NCBI RefSeq assembly: GCF_000400465.1
Contig: NW_008806278.1
Coordinates: 202,592 to 234,591, forward strand
Direction: 5' to 3'
Length of the DNA stretch: 32,000 bases
From: Wallemia ichthyophaga EXF-994
Taxonomy: Eukaryota > Fungi > Basidiomycota
The first letter of the stretch is position 1, and every line of letters begins with the position of its first letter. A program made the position numbers and the translations under genes. Of the stretch, positions 12,001 through 23,141 are shown in pieces. The notes below the pieces were generated by a model. That model searched no databases. It was not told the origin of the DNA and was given only the letters and a program-made list of their open reading frames with translations.

Positions 12001-12487
12001 CCGCTCAATGATTTCATCGTTGCTGCCTATATGCTTACTTTTTGCGATTCGCACGATGGCTTACAAATCGATAGGAAAAAACAACAAAACCTCAATATAA
12101 GTACAACTACAAGTGAGAAATAATAAAAAAATGGTACTCAATTCATTATATAGGATAAAACGAGAGCGTCCAAATTAATATGAACTAAAGCCAACCAGTA
12201 AATGCCCATTGCAACCTGTTAATTACTTTCAGCGATAGCGAACATCTAAACTTCGTGGTCGTGTATTTCATGACATAAAGCTTGCCTCTAAACTATAACT
12301 CAAAAATCGCTAGTTTGGTTCATAACAGACATATTTGAAGTAGCCTACTACATCGTTTGTGAAAAGAACACTTTCGTTCAGATTGAATCTTGAATCAAAC
12401 TAATGAGAACGTCCGCTGTCAGTATCACAATTATCGAAAGTCATGTTATCAGCGTTATATCAGCATGTCGGCTGTGAATTGAATGAT
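9009..12487 (+). repeat. Left arm of 3,479-bp inverted repeat
   Basis: Position x mirrors position 26176-x at both ends and at every internal point checked (9009/17167, 9199/16977, 9895/16281, 10743/15433, 11041/15135, 11701/14475, 12121/14055, 12487/13689). Four short ORFs translate the same in both arms up to the repeat boundary. Confidence 0.98.
10350..10404 (+). repeat. Short degenerate tandem repeat (AAGTATTAAATCATT core, ~19-20 bp period, ~3 units), mirrored at 15772-15826
   Basis: gaagtattgaatgtttg-gaaagtattaaatcatttt-gaaaagtattaaatcattgt. Confidence 0.7.
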
Positions 12488-13688
12488 CGAAGAAAGTCTA
12501 TCACATGGGCATAGTAGAACTGGGGGTTAAATAATTGTAGTTCCTCATTCTTATCAAACCCACGGTAATACATGTTTTTTATCATTGAGATCAATATTCA
12601 AACATTAACATTATTTTACTCGTTGTTGTAGACCCCGAAACATGCATTTTATTATGTTTTGATTTTACCTTGCTATCGAATAACGTTGTTACCAACGTTT
12701 AGCGAAATGCAAGCAAAGAAAGTTCCCATACATGATCTAGGTTTAGTACACGAGGTTGTCGGATTAGGTTAAAATGAAGATATTGTCGTTCGAAAATTCG
12801 AAAATGCTATAAATTCTAGTCGTTAATTTATTTCCTTCAACGATTTAGAGAATCCATAACCTACATACTAAGAATCTAATTTTCTCAGGTAGTAAAATTG
12901 AGATATTATTTTACTCAACTTGAAGATCCGTCGATTTTAAAACATTCCTTTTTTGAGGGCATTCAAGACAAAAAGTCACGCGACATTGATAACGTTTGTT
13001 ATGTTTTATCTGTAACTACATGTGGGTAATAGTATAATGATAAGTCCGCTTAAGTGATAAAGACATTTGTCATACAAGATGTGATTGTGTAAATTTACTG
13101 ATAATAATAAGTGTATTTTATAATATGACGTTTACGATCTCCGTTAGCCTCATTTGCATATCTAAATGACCTAACTTAGCTTTTCTGTAAATTTCTTACG
13201 GGATTTGAATAATAAAGATCTGATCACTGTTCTGCTTGTGAATAGGATATATATTGGGCGATTAGTCTATATAAAGAGGTTTCAAACTCATTTGTTTAAA
13301 ATTCTTTCCTGTTTTATCATTCGAAAGAAAAATCTAATGTAATTATCAATTTAAGGGTATGCCGACCGTAGCTTTCAACATATTTTAGACGTACAATCGT
13401 AATCACTTAACCCCACTTTAAAAACATTTTCCTCGCTAGATCATTTTCAAATTTTTACAAAACTTGCTAGGATGCTGCAAACGACACTTTGAACAAATAA
13501 CCAGGAACATTCTAATCGAATGGTAGTTGGTTTTCGTTTAGCAGGATTAATTGTAGCATTCAGTAGAAAAAACAAAAAAACAAAAAAACCAACAGTAAGA
13601 TGTTTTGGTACTGCCTCTCTCGCATGAGACATTCAGCTGATAGTAATCTTGATAAGAGCATGCCTAGCTATTTATTAGTAACTATTTC
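12488..13688. other. Unique 1,201-bp AT-rich spacer (central core) between the inverted arms
   Basis: Hand count over 12541-13680 gives 362/1140 G+C (about 32%). No ATG ORF of note. A-tract run at about 13566-13588. Confidence 0.9.
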
Positions 13689-16600
13689 ATCATTCAATTC
13701 ACAGCCGACATGCTGATATAACGCTGATAACATGACTTTCGATAATTGTGATACTGACAGCGGACGTTCTCATTAGTTTGATTCAAGATTCAATCTGAAC
13801 GAAAGTGTTCTTTTCACAAACGATGTAGTAGGCTACTTCAAATATGTCTGTTATGAACCAAACTAGCGATTTTTGAGTTATAGTTTAGAGGCAAGCTTTA
13901 TGTCATGAAATACACGACCACGAAGTTTAGATGTTCGCTATCGCTGAAAGTAATTAACAGGTTGCAATGGGCATTTACTGGTTGGCTTTAGTTCATATTA
14001 ATTTGGACGCTCTCGTTTTATCCTATATAATGAATTGAGTACCATTTTTTTATTATTTCTCACTTGTAGTTGTACTTATATTGAGGTTTTGTTGTTTTTT
14101 CCTATCGATTTGTAAGCCATCGTGCGAATCGCAAAAAGTAAGCATATAGGCAGCAACGATGAAATCATTGAGCGGCTCGAATGTAATTAATGTGTCATGA
14201 TGAATTCATAGTTGTGTTCTAGAATCGTTGGGAACTTTACGGCCTTGAAACAGTATTAAACCTATATGAATCCTAATTCCTTCTGCCTGTGTCAGCTCAG
14301 TGGGGAGCATACACCAGCGATTGTATAAAAGTTTATAGGTGGTACATCGTTCTAGTTAGACACATTAACGGCTTACAATCATGGCCACCTTTTTAAATCA
14401 GGTACCAACATCACGTCTTCATCTTTAAGCAAAACCTAAGCCAACACGCTCAGCTTCCAACAGCCTATACACCAAATTAAGCTTAGCAATCATATGTACA
14501 ACTGTTATTGAAATTACTCACACTTCCATTAAACTTATACTAGTGCACGGGTTACGTTGAGAGTATAATGCATGAATTTCCATGCCGATAAGGGCATAGG
14601 GTTTTGCGTATTTTGGGAATTAAAGTAGGCCTGATGTGTATCTAATCTAGGCATTTTGCAATTGCTCATACTTGTAACCTAATCTAGTGCATGCCGATTG
14701 GTTGAATTGTGGGTGGATCTCGATCCCCATTAATGCATAGGGATTTCTTGGAATTTATTGGATGAATGGGTCAATCATAACCGAAAGAGGTACTCAGTCG
14801 TAAGCTGGCAGGATGTTATGCTCAACGAATACAGAATTCTCGGGTTAACCGTTAGTAGTCTTGAGTCTCAGGGTCACTTTCTTGCGCAAAAAGATATCGT
14901 TCGTAATTGAAAAGCTACATTTTATGAACGACATCGATTATCAACATCAGCTGCTACTGCTTCCCCTGAGGTCTCAAGTGGAACTATGACATCTTTAGCG
15001 CACCCTTCGTACAAAAGAAAGGCTATTGAGTGCGCACCGCTGAAACTACCTTGAAAACTAAGGTAAAGGATTTGAGAGTCTCACTGAGGACTCGTGGTTA
15101 AGATGGATGGTATCCGAAGTCAATGTACGCATCTTGTTCTTTTGAATAGTAGTTGGGTTGCGATTCTGATTATCACATAACGATACCCAAATTGTTATAA
15201 TAAAAAGAGCTTAACGCCTTCAAATTCCCTTAGAAGTATGAGTATCTAACAATAGGCTGGAATCAATCCGAGTCCGTGGCCTAACACTGCTGAGTTGAAT
15301 AATGGCTTGTTCAGCGATTATACAGCAAACACACGTAATCAGTTGGAAACTTAATAAAGTGAACGCACGTTTTTATTGGTCTTGATGAAAGTGCAATGCA
15401 GCATCACATGAATTTGGTTTCACTTCCTGACATCAATGAGGGCAGAATACCCTAGCTAGATCAGCGATTACCGGAAAATCAAGCTCCTCTGTACCACCAA
15501 GATCAAATATTATTAGTATAAGTAAGCCAAAAGGGCTTTGAAGGTTTTCAAGTTTCGTGATGTCATCTGCTGATCTGCTGAGTGAAGATGCGAAGCATTG
15601 CGTCACAGACCTCCAAAAAGGCTGTGTCCAACTAAATTTTCGTCGAATATAAAACACCAGACATTTATTAATGTCATTTCCCATCCATGTTCCACGCAAT
15701 TACTTCCTCCTTTGTCACTCGATTTGATTATACCATTCTTCTCAAAAATCACCTAAAAAAACACAGTTGCACAATGATTTAATACTTTTCAAAATGATTT
15801 AATACTTTCCAAACATTCAATACTTCAATAAAAGCACACTTTGAAACCCCCAAATAGCTGGCTCATCTGTTTGCGTGATATTGGCATAGAGCACAACCTA
15901 TGAAATGCGAGTTATTCTATTTATAATACTCAATTTAATGAGTTTAGAACTTTATCACACACTTCTTACATTATTTTCATCTAATCAAACCTCATTCGCA
16001 CCATAAATCGCGTTTGAACCTTCAAGCCAAAAATGGGAATCGTATGTCCAAATATGCGTGATATGGGTGAGAACAACACAGAAATAAGGGATTTAAAAGT
16101 CTGCAAAATATTAATGTCTCTCTTCTGTATACATTAGCCTGATAATTTGAAGTTCTGCCTGATATGACCGATATGAAAGTCATTCTGCGCATCCCGTACC
16201 TAGTTGAAAAGGTTGCACAGTTAGCCTTTTTCTGATGCAACTCGTTAAAATATATTCTTTAATATTACTATTGAATTTGGTTGAAATTTACACTACTAAA
16301 ATCTATAGCGTACAGATATACACGTGAGGAAACGAAATCGAATAATGTGAAAGTCGCGGGTCCAGATCTGCAGCACACACCTAGAAAGGCTATGCTTGAG
16401 GTATTGAGCAACAATAGAATATTTTATTCAATGAAGATGCTTTGCATTGTTAAGCACGTAAGTGCTTCCGTGTCTGCTCTATTTCTTGTTTCAGATTCAT
16501 ATCAAAATGGTCCCTTCAATCAGCTTACAGGGTGGAATTGGTACTCAAATGCTTCAAGTCTAGCAAATAGTTTTTAATTGAACTAGAGCTATAAGATAAT

Positions 16601-17167
16601 TTCCTTTTTTGGAGATGTCTGATAGAAGGAAAATCTAATATAATAATATTGAGTGAATGAATGATTAAATAGTAAAATCATAATGTTGGCAGGCTTAGAA
16701 TAAAATATTTTTTCTAAGGATAATGCTAGCACACCATTTCAATGTACTCATCATCGCACTTACTTGATATTTTTCAGGATAAGCCGAGCAATTTCAATTC
16801 GAAAAAATAGCCTATACTATTTCAATAATTCTTAAATACTTTTTTCAGCATTTGAACCTTTTTGCTAACTTAAAACTTGTCCTGAAGTCATAATGATGTA
16901 GAGCCGACTAGTATGATTTTATGGTTGTGCACTGCAACGAGAGATATGGCAAAATCTTTATGCATTATAACATGTATTGAATGTGTTTAATAATCTTTAT
17001 ACAATCATTTCGCTAGTAATGCGACTTAGCGGTGGCAGCGTTAAGACCAACTGTGTTTATCTTGCGAATAAGATTATCGCCACAGCAGTAGCAAACTTCG
17101 AGAAAGATAACGATGGGTGCTTTGTATCCGATTGTAAAAATCTGCGATCAACACAAAGTTGTGGACA
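13689..17167 (-). repeat. Right arm of 3,479-bp inverted repeat
   Basis: Reverse complement of 9009-12487. Begins ATCATTC (13689) and ends GTGGACA (17167); identity stops abruptly beyond these points. Confidence 0.98.
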
Positions 17168-17539
17168 AGATAGATTGTAGAAGAAAATGTTTATATTTAA
17201 TCAAGTGGGCCCCAGAAACCCGCAATATGTAAAATTCTAACTAAAAATGCAAGTTATGTTCCAGTCACGATTAGAAGCAAGTAACAACGTTTTTACTTTA
17301 TACGGTAAAACCCCGCAATGCTGTAACCCTTACATGTTAGATGCCTGAGCTCAGTAAGTGATTCATGGGGTTATTTCTCTCTCATTAAAAATAGGATTGT
17401 GTCTCAACAAATGGGGTAAGGGACATTCAGAGATGGACTGAACTATTGTGGTGCTGCAACTTCAGCTGTATATCATGTATACGTTTAAAATCATAAGAAG
17501 TGGTATATGGAAGGGAAATTTCGTAACTGGAGGTATATA

Positions 17540-18109
17540 CTACTCTAATCTTTCTAAATACTCGAGTCTGTTTAAAATGACCTGCTTTGAAGTCTCTTCA
17601 ATTTCACCAGCTAGAAAGACTTCATCAAGGATTGCATACACCTTGTAAAAATTAAAAACTAGATCCAGTTCACAGACGTTTGAAAAGAAAGCATCTAACG
17701 CGAAGTTAGAAACTCTAACTGAAGATAGATAATCTCACCTAAAACCTCAACAAAGAGGTGAATGATTTCCAAGTAAGCGAGCTCATTGTCATTTGCATCT
17801 ACGCAAACACAGAAGAAGAGACCAGCGTATCGCCTGTAAACGACTTTGTAATTCCTGAATTCGACAAAGTTACTTTGATGTTTTTGATCACGAGGGGCGA
17901 CCAGTCTGTGAACCTCGCCGCGTAGCTTAATCTTTTAAGACCTTTAGTTGATAGAAAACGATACAGTCGATAATAGACGTACTTTGTCCTCATCTTCTAC
18001 CGGGACGTACCACTTTGATAATCTAGTTTTGCCTTGTCTGTTCTTTGGGCATATTAGACGTATACTGGGATAATTTAGAACTCACTTGAACTAAAATGAA
18101 TCTCAGCAT
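17540..18109 (-). CDS. APS2: AP-2 clathrin adaptor complex sigma subunit; 4 exons, absent from the ORF track
   Basis: Exons 18109-18086, 18042-17983, 17931-17739 and 17694-17540 give [143 protein letters not shown]. Confidence 0.96.
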
Positions 18110-18252
18110 CGACGACGTTTTGGTGCAAGAGGTGAATGTATTTGCAGAGTGCTATCTACAGCTGAAATCTATTTATTATTTAAATTGCAATACATTCAGC
18201 TTTATCCTTCTATCCTCGAAACCTCCTTACCTTCCTCCATCATCATCTCAAA

Positions 18253-19504
18253 ATGTCAAATAATCAGCAAAATCAACAGAATCTAACTCCAGAGCAGATG
18301 CTGCTCATTCAGCGTCATATGGCAAATCAGAGAGCTCAAGCTGCTCAGCAGCAGCAACAAGCTGCGATGCAACCAAATACACCAACACAGTCAAATCAGC
18401 AGAATCAATCAGCTCAACCAGCTCAAGCATCACAGTCTCAACCGGGAACTCCTCAAAATCCACAACAAAGCCAAATGATGCAAAATATGCAAAGTATGAT
18501 TCAACAACTTCCTGCACTTCTGGAATTGGCAAGAAGAGGCTTACTCAATCCCGAGCAAATGAATCAATTGCGTGGTTTAGCAAGATTACATGAACAACAA
18601 AAAGCTCGACAAGACCAGCGTAATGTACTGTCTAGAAATGCTAGTGTTGCACAAGCTCAAGCAATGCAGCAACAAAGGAGTGGTAGTCCAGCACTACGTA
18701 GTAGTGCTAGCACACCTAATCCAAATGGTAGAGGTGGTACACCAATACCTCGTACAGCGTCTCCAGCTGTTGGCAGTATGACTGGTATAGCAACCCCCCC
18801 ACCAAATTCATTACCAGGACAACAAAATACCAACACATCGCAAAGCAATATGTCAGCCGCCATACAATCACAACTCGCAAATAGCAACAATCAGTCTTTA
18901 CCTATTAATGACAAGGTTCCAAATATGAATTTTCAAGCTGAATCATTCCCAAATCAACAGGGCTCCAGACCAACATTGAATTCAGGACTAGCAAGTGGAA
19001 CCGTATTAGGACAACCTTCTACCATGCAAAGAGGGAATTTACCATCAAACTTTGATGAATTGATTGGTGGTATGGGTAATGGGAACAAAATTGATACAAA
19101 ATCCATGTTAGAGAATGACAACAATAGATTATTAGGTAAACGAAAGATTCAAGAATTAGTTGAAACTGTAGATTCAAAGGAAAAGTTAGAGCCCGAAGTC
19201 GAAGATTTAATGCTCGAAATTGCAGACGAATTCATAGACAGTGTGACAAACTTTGGATGTATGTTAGCAAAGCATAGAAAGGGTGATACGCTTGAAGTCA
19301 GAGATTTACAGTTACATTTAGGTTGGTCGATATTTGAATTATCTATTATCATGACTGACGTGAAATCTACAAGAGCGCAACTATAACATTAGAATACCAG
19401 GATTTGGTACGAATGAAGACAGTAGAATAGGAGCAAGAAGACAATCACAACCACAATCTTATCAGAATAGATTGAATGCAGTACAAAGCACACAGAATAA
19501 GTAG
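18253..19504 (+). CDS. TAF12: TFIID/SAGA subunit TAF12
   Basis: Q-rich N-terminus and histone fold ([12 protein letters not shown]...[29 protein letters not shown]...DLQLHL). Intron 19322-19373 continues into [11 protein letters not shown]. Stop 19502-19504. Confidence 0.95.
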
Positions 19505-19514
19505 ATGTAATAAA

Positions 19515-20837
19515 TTAAGTTAATATGAATGACGCATTGTTGTAATAATCTAACATGGGGTTACTACCATCTAATAATTTAGTTTGATTGACTTCTATAG
19601 CATTTGATTGAATGAAATCTCTATGGCTTAGTATTCTAACGTCCCTATTAACTCTACTTGAAGTGGATGACTTTGATTGAGTGACTCGAGTATATAGTTG
19701 AGCGAGTAGCTCAAAGTTTGTAGGAAAAAAGATATCAAAATGTCCCGGCTGAACTAAGAAAGTATCAACAGGAATCATTTCACCATTCAAACGAGTTTGA
19801 ACGACGGGCGAATTGATACCTGGTATAGATTGAGGTAAGGAATGAAAATCTGAAGCTATCAAGTGATGATGTGGGAAAGACGAGGATAACTTATCTAAAA
19901 AAAGAAGTTGCTTTGTCGGGAGAAATTCCTGTTGAGATAAGTTTGGTAGGAAAGGAATGAATTTGGATAAATAACGGAAAACAGGGGATTTTGCCCATTG
20001 ATTGGATTGTAGCGACGGAAAAGAAGACGATAAATCCAAGTAACGAAGAATCAAAGGGTCATTAGCAGGAGAGTATAAGGAGTGAAAGTCACCTTGATCG
20101 TCCACTGCTATATATAATTGATAAGGAATTGGAATTTTCGAGTCGTTAGAGTATCTGATAACATCATGTGCGAGATTATCAAAGACTTCCATCGCTAAAA
20201 AGTAGCAAGGTTGATGATGAACTGAATTAATATCAAAGAATGATTTATTGATGATGTTTATATGTCTAGAGTGCTGCGATAACAATCTACGTTGAATCGA
20301 TGATAATCTGTCACTGATTTCAATGACATTGTAGTAAGTTCTATTGTATATCTGTGGATGATGAGATTTCAAGTGATCAAGGATGTTTAACATTAAAGTG
20401 CCATTACCTGCACCAATTTCGAATAAATTCAAATCATGATGAGGGTAGTAATACGCTAAGTAATGATTGATGATGTAATTCGCAATAGCTTGACCATAAT
20501 GAGGATTGAATAATTCTGTTGGTGTATGCCATTCTGATGATTTTGATGAATTAATCGACAACAATGATTGCAACTGACTATCATTCTTAACCTTGTTAAA
20601 TTCAATGTTCTTGTATTTTATGATGTCAACATTCTTATTGAAATAGCCGTAGTTTGGATTGTATAAACTATCATCAATAAAGTCCCTTGCAAGAAGTTTA
20701 CATTTAAACGGCCTCTTTTTAAAATTCTTCAATTGATTTGAGTTCAGTAGTCTACAATTTATTAATTTATCGTCAACTTTGCTATCGAATGATAGTTTAT
20801 TGTAGTTGAAGTTGCACCTTCTGAGTGATTGCAACAT
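19515..20837 (-). CDS. SAM-dependent methyltransferase, MidA/NDUFAF7 (DUF185) family, probably mitochondrial
   Basis: RDFIDDSLYNPNYGYF, HTPTELFNPHYG, EIGAGNGTLM and MEVFDNLAHD motifs. Confidence 0.88.
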   Translation of the reverse strand: MLQSLRRCNFNYNKLSFDSKVDDKLINCRLLNSNQLKNFKKRPFKCKLLARDFIDDSLYNPNYGYFNKNVDIIKYKNIEFNKVKNDSQLQSLLSINSSKSSEWHTPTELFNPHYGQAIANYIINHYLAYYYPHHDLNLFEIGAGNGTLMLNILDHLKSHHPQIYNRTYYNVIEISDRLSSIQRRLLSQHSRHINIINKSFFDINSVHHQPCYFLAMEVFDNLAHDVIRYSNDSKIPIPYQLYIAVDDQGDFHSLYSPANDPLILRYLDLSSSFPSLQSNQWAKSPVFRYLSKFIPFLPNLSQQEFLPTKQLLFLDKLSSSFPHHHLIASDFHSLPQSIPGINSPVVQTRLNGEMIPVDTFLVQPGHFDIFFPTNFELLAQLYTRVTQSKSSTSSRVNRDVRILSHRDFIQSNAIEVNQTKLLDGSNPMLDYYNNASFILT

Positions 20838-20871
20838 TAGCGGACTTCCTCGAAGTTGATGGTGGTTAAGG

Positions 20872-21199
20872 TTAGAGGGGGTGATTAATTAATTCTATGA
20901 GTTTATTTTCATTTATCTTATGCCTCATAACCTCTTCTTCATCAATGTGTAAAACAGGTACGTCGTTCTATTTGTTTTGAGCCAGCTTCTACTTATATAC
21001 ACTAACTTACTTTATACATACTTCTCCAGTACTCTACGCCTTGCAATCTATCATCCCTTATGTTGAAATACTCCAGATTGAACTCATGTTCCCTCTTCAC
21101 GCTCTCTAGCGCTACCTTGGCTTCCTCGCAAAGGCTACACTCTTTGCCACCCGTGTATAGCTTCAAATTTGGTTTACATCTTATCAGACTTCTCAACAT
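20872..21199 (-). CDS. Glutaredoxin-like protein (DUF836 family), 94 aa, 2 exons
   Basis: CSLC (CxxC) motif. Intron 21010-20968 joins MYK to NDVPVLHID. Stop TAA at 20874-20872. Confidence 0.85.
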
Positions 21200-21285
21200 T
21201 CCCTAACGCTGCAACTTGGTGGATGATGCAATCTATTCAATTTAATTTCAAACTCATTTAGTATCACTCTTTAAATTACTTTATC

Positions 21286-23022
21286 ATGTCCAATAGTAAT
21301 TCTAAGCAAAGCATCCTTATCATTGGCGCTGGGTGCTCTGGAATGGCTGCTGCGTACTCTCTTTCGTTACAACCACAGAACTACAACGTCACTTTAACTG
21401 ATAAGTCTCACACTTTGGGAGGCAGTGCTACAAGCTATGAGCTAGATGATCATCTTTTCGGTGCTGATTATATCAATGATGGCGTACAAGGCGCAAGTCC
21501 GGTGTTTCACAACACCCTATCTATGTTTGAGTCTGTACTGGGCTTTAGAGCAAGTGATGTTGGTATGCAAATTAGCTTCGGAAATACTGTGGACTCCTTT
21601 TGGTCAAACGTATTCCCATCTCACCTCGTCGACCAGTTTCAGCAGGATATCAAGAAGGTTAGTCGTGCTGATGCACTGCATCCCTTCAAACTCACCCTCA
21701 ATTTACAGTTCGGTCGTGTTTTGAACACTATTAAACGCTTTGAAATCTTTTTCGCTCTCATACCCGTGGACAAAATGCTTAAAATATTCAATTTTCACCC
21801 TTCCTTTGGTGATAGAATGGTTTATCCCCTGGTTGCCTTATTTTTTGGTACTGGTAATGAGACTAAGCATATTTCTTCCGCTATTCTTGAACGAGTCTTC
21901 CTCGATCCATCGATGAGGTTGTTCGAATTCAGTGAAAAAAGTCTTTTGGCAAGCGTACCGCATATGAAAGCTTTTCCTGAACTGTCGCGTATATATGGAA
22001 AATGGAAATCCAAAATTCAATCTAACGGAAATGTCAAAATTCTTGCTTCAAATCAAGTTAACAGCATTGAAAGAGGAACAAAGGAAGCGAAAAACGCTGG
22101 TGGTAATATAAGGGCTTCTTTAACTGACTTAAAGAACAGTCATCATCGTTTCGAGTCATTCGATCAGGTCATCTTCGCATGTGATGCTGACAGCGCTCTC
22201 AAAATCCTTGATGCCGGTTCAGGTTCAACATGGCGTGAGAGGAAAATTCTTGGAAATGTCTTATACAAATGGGACGTAACCGTAACTCATCACGATTATG
22301 ATTACATGCGTAAGAATTATCAGATGACGTATGACTCAAAATACAACGCTGAAAGATACGACCTAGATAGTAAAAAGGCTTTTGAATTTGCTCAAAAGCA
22401 CTGGAGACCATTATATCTTATCAAAATGTATGAAGAGGATCCTTCACAAGTTGAAATGAGTTTTGATCTAACCCATTATCAAGGTCAATTTGAGGGCATG
22501 CCATCAGTAGGAACAGATGCAGATCTAAAACCTCAAGATGCACCACCAACTGAACGTCAAGCAGGGAATCAAGGCAAGGAGCACTCACAGAGTGCAACAT
22601 CAGATGGTTCTCAGCATATTGAAAGAGATAAAACGCTTCCAGTACCTAAAAATCATGTCTATCAGACAATCTATCTCGATCAGGACTCCAGCGATCGTTG
22701 GACAAAATATCAAGTTAATCGAGATAAAATAATATTAGAAAAGTGGTGGAAACAGCAAAGTCATCGATTCCAGCATTATGCTGGAACAGTTCCATGGTTA
22801 TGGACAATAAACGGGAAGAACAATACGTGCTTTGCGGGGGCATATACTCTTGTTAACATGCACGAAGTTGCTATGGTATCAGGATTTTCAGCAGCATACC
22901 AGCTAGGCGCGCCATATCCGTTTAAAGACGATGAAAACTGTGCAAGACTGTTCAGGCTTTATCTCCTATTAGCGCATATGTCACGCATGCGCAGTGAAGA
23001 TCGTAGCGGATTTTTCAGTTAA
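21286..23022 (+). CDS. FAD/NAD(P)-binding oxidoreductase (flavin amine-oxidase-like)
   Basis: N-terminal IIGAGCSGMAAA Rossmann motif and C-terminal FAGAYTLVNMHEVAMVSGFSAA. A probable in-frame 51-nt intron at 21658-21708 is read through by the ORF track. Confidence 0.85.
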   Translation: MSNSNSKQSILIIGAGCSGMAAAYSLSLQPQNYNVTLTDKSHTLGGSATSYELDDHLFGADYINDGVQGASPVFHNTLSMFESVLGFRASDVGMQISFGNTVDSFWSNVFPSHLVDQFQQDIKKVSRADALHPFKLTLNLQFGRVLNTIKRFEIFFALIPVDKMLKIFNFHPSFGDRMVYPLVALFFGTGNETKHISSAILERVFLDPSMRLFEFSEKSLLASVPHMKAFPELSRIYGKWKSKIQSNGNVKILASNQVNSIERGTKEAKNAGGNIRASLTDLKNSHHRFESFDQVIFACDADSALKILDAGSGSTWRERKILGNVLYKWDVTVTHHDYDYMRKNYQMTYDSKYNAERYDLDSKKAFEFAQKHWRPLYLIKMYEEDPSQVEMSFDLTHYQGQFEGMPSVGTDADLKPQDAPPTERQAGNQGKEHSQSATSDGSQHIERDKTLPVPKNHVYQTIYLDQDSSDRWTKYQVNRDKIILEKWWKQQSHRFQHYAGTVPWLWTINGKNNTCFAGAYTLVNMHEVAMVSGFSAAYQLGAPYPFKDDENCARLFRLYLLLAHMSRMRSEDRSGFFS

Positions 23023-23141
23023 ACGTGATAGTATTGTATTACAATTCCAAGTTATTTGCATCATGAAATGAAAAGAATTCTTGTTTTCGCGACGCGTAGT
23101 GAATCATCTCGTTCTGGCGATCAACACTTAAATCAAATCGG

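Larger units (their letters stand above)
8122..17539. other. Gene-free interval, candidate regional centromere (inverted repeat plus AT-rich core)
   Basis: No recognisable protein or convincing spliced gene in ~9.4 kb, whereas elsewhere in the window intergenic gaps are under ~150 nt. Contains a 3.5-kb inverted repeat. The centromere call is inference from architecture. Confidence 0.6.

Noticed and set aside
12488-13688. Invertible mating-type cassette
   Set aside because: No homeodomain, HMG, STE3 receptor or CAAX-ending pheromone ORF was found in the core or arms.
14734-15054. 107-codon frame with one internal stop in the GC-richer part of the arm (possible pseudogene)
   Set aside because: No recognisable homology, and a rough estimate says runs this long are expected by chance over six frames of 3.5 kb.
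16170-16230. 5S rRNA-like words (TGAAAG...GCATCCCGT...CAGTTAG)
   Set aside because: Spacing and flanking sequence do not fit the 5S structure; probably chance.
9009-17167. DNA transposon or foldback element with long TIRs (ends read TG...CA)
   Set aside because: No target-site duplication (left flank CTTCC, right flank AGATA) and no transposase ORF in the arms or core. A non-autonomous relic cannot be fully excluded.
9009-17167. tRNA genes in the arms, as in S. pombe imr
   Set aside because: GTTCRA hits (about 9320, 10157 and 12789) lack T-arm and acceptor stems.
8990-17180. Four mirrored short ORFs (67-98 aa) in the IR arms as genes
   Set aside because: Several start at TTG, none shows a recognisable motif or exon-like structure, and their duplication simply reflects the repeat.
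17320-17332. Telomere-like TAACCCT word
   Set aside because: Single copy with no array.
19515-21199. In-frame fusion of the glutaredoxin-like gene with the DUF185 methyltransferase
   Set aside because: Exon 2 ends CCC CTC TAA at 20872, and the methyltransferase ATG is in another frame.
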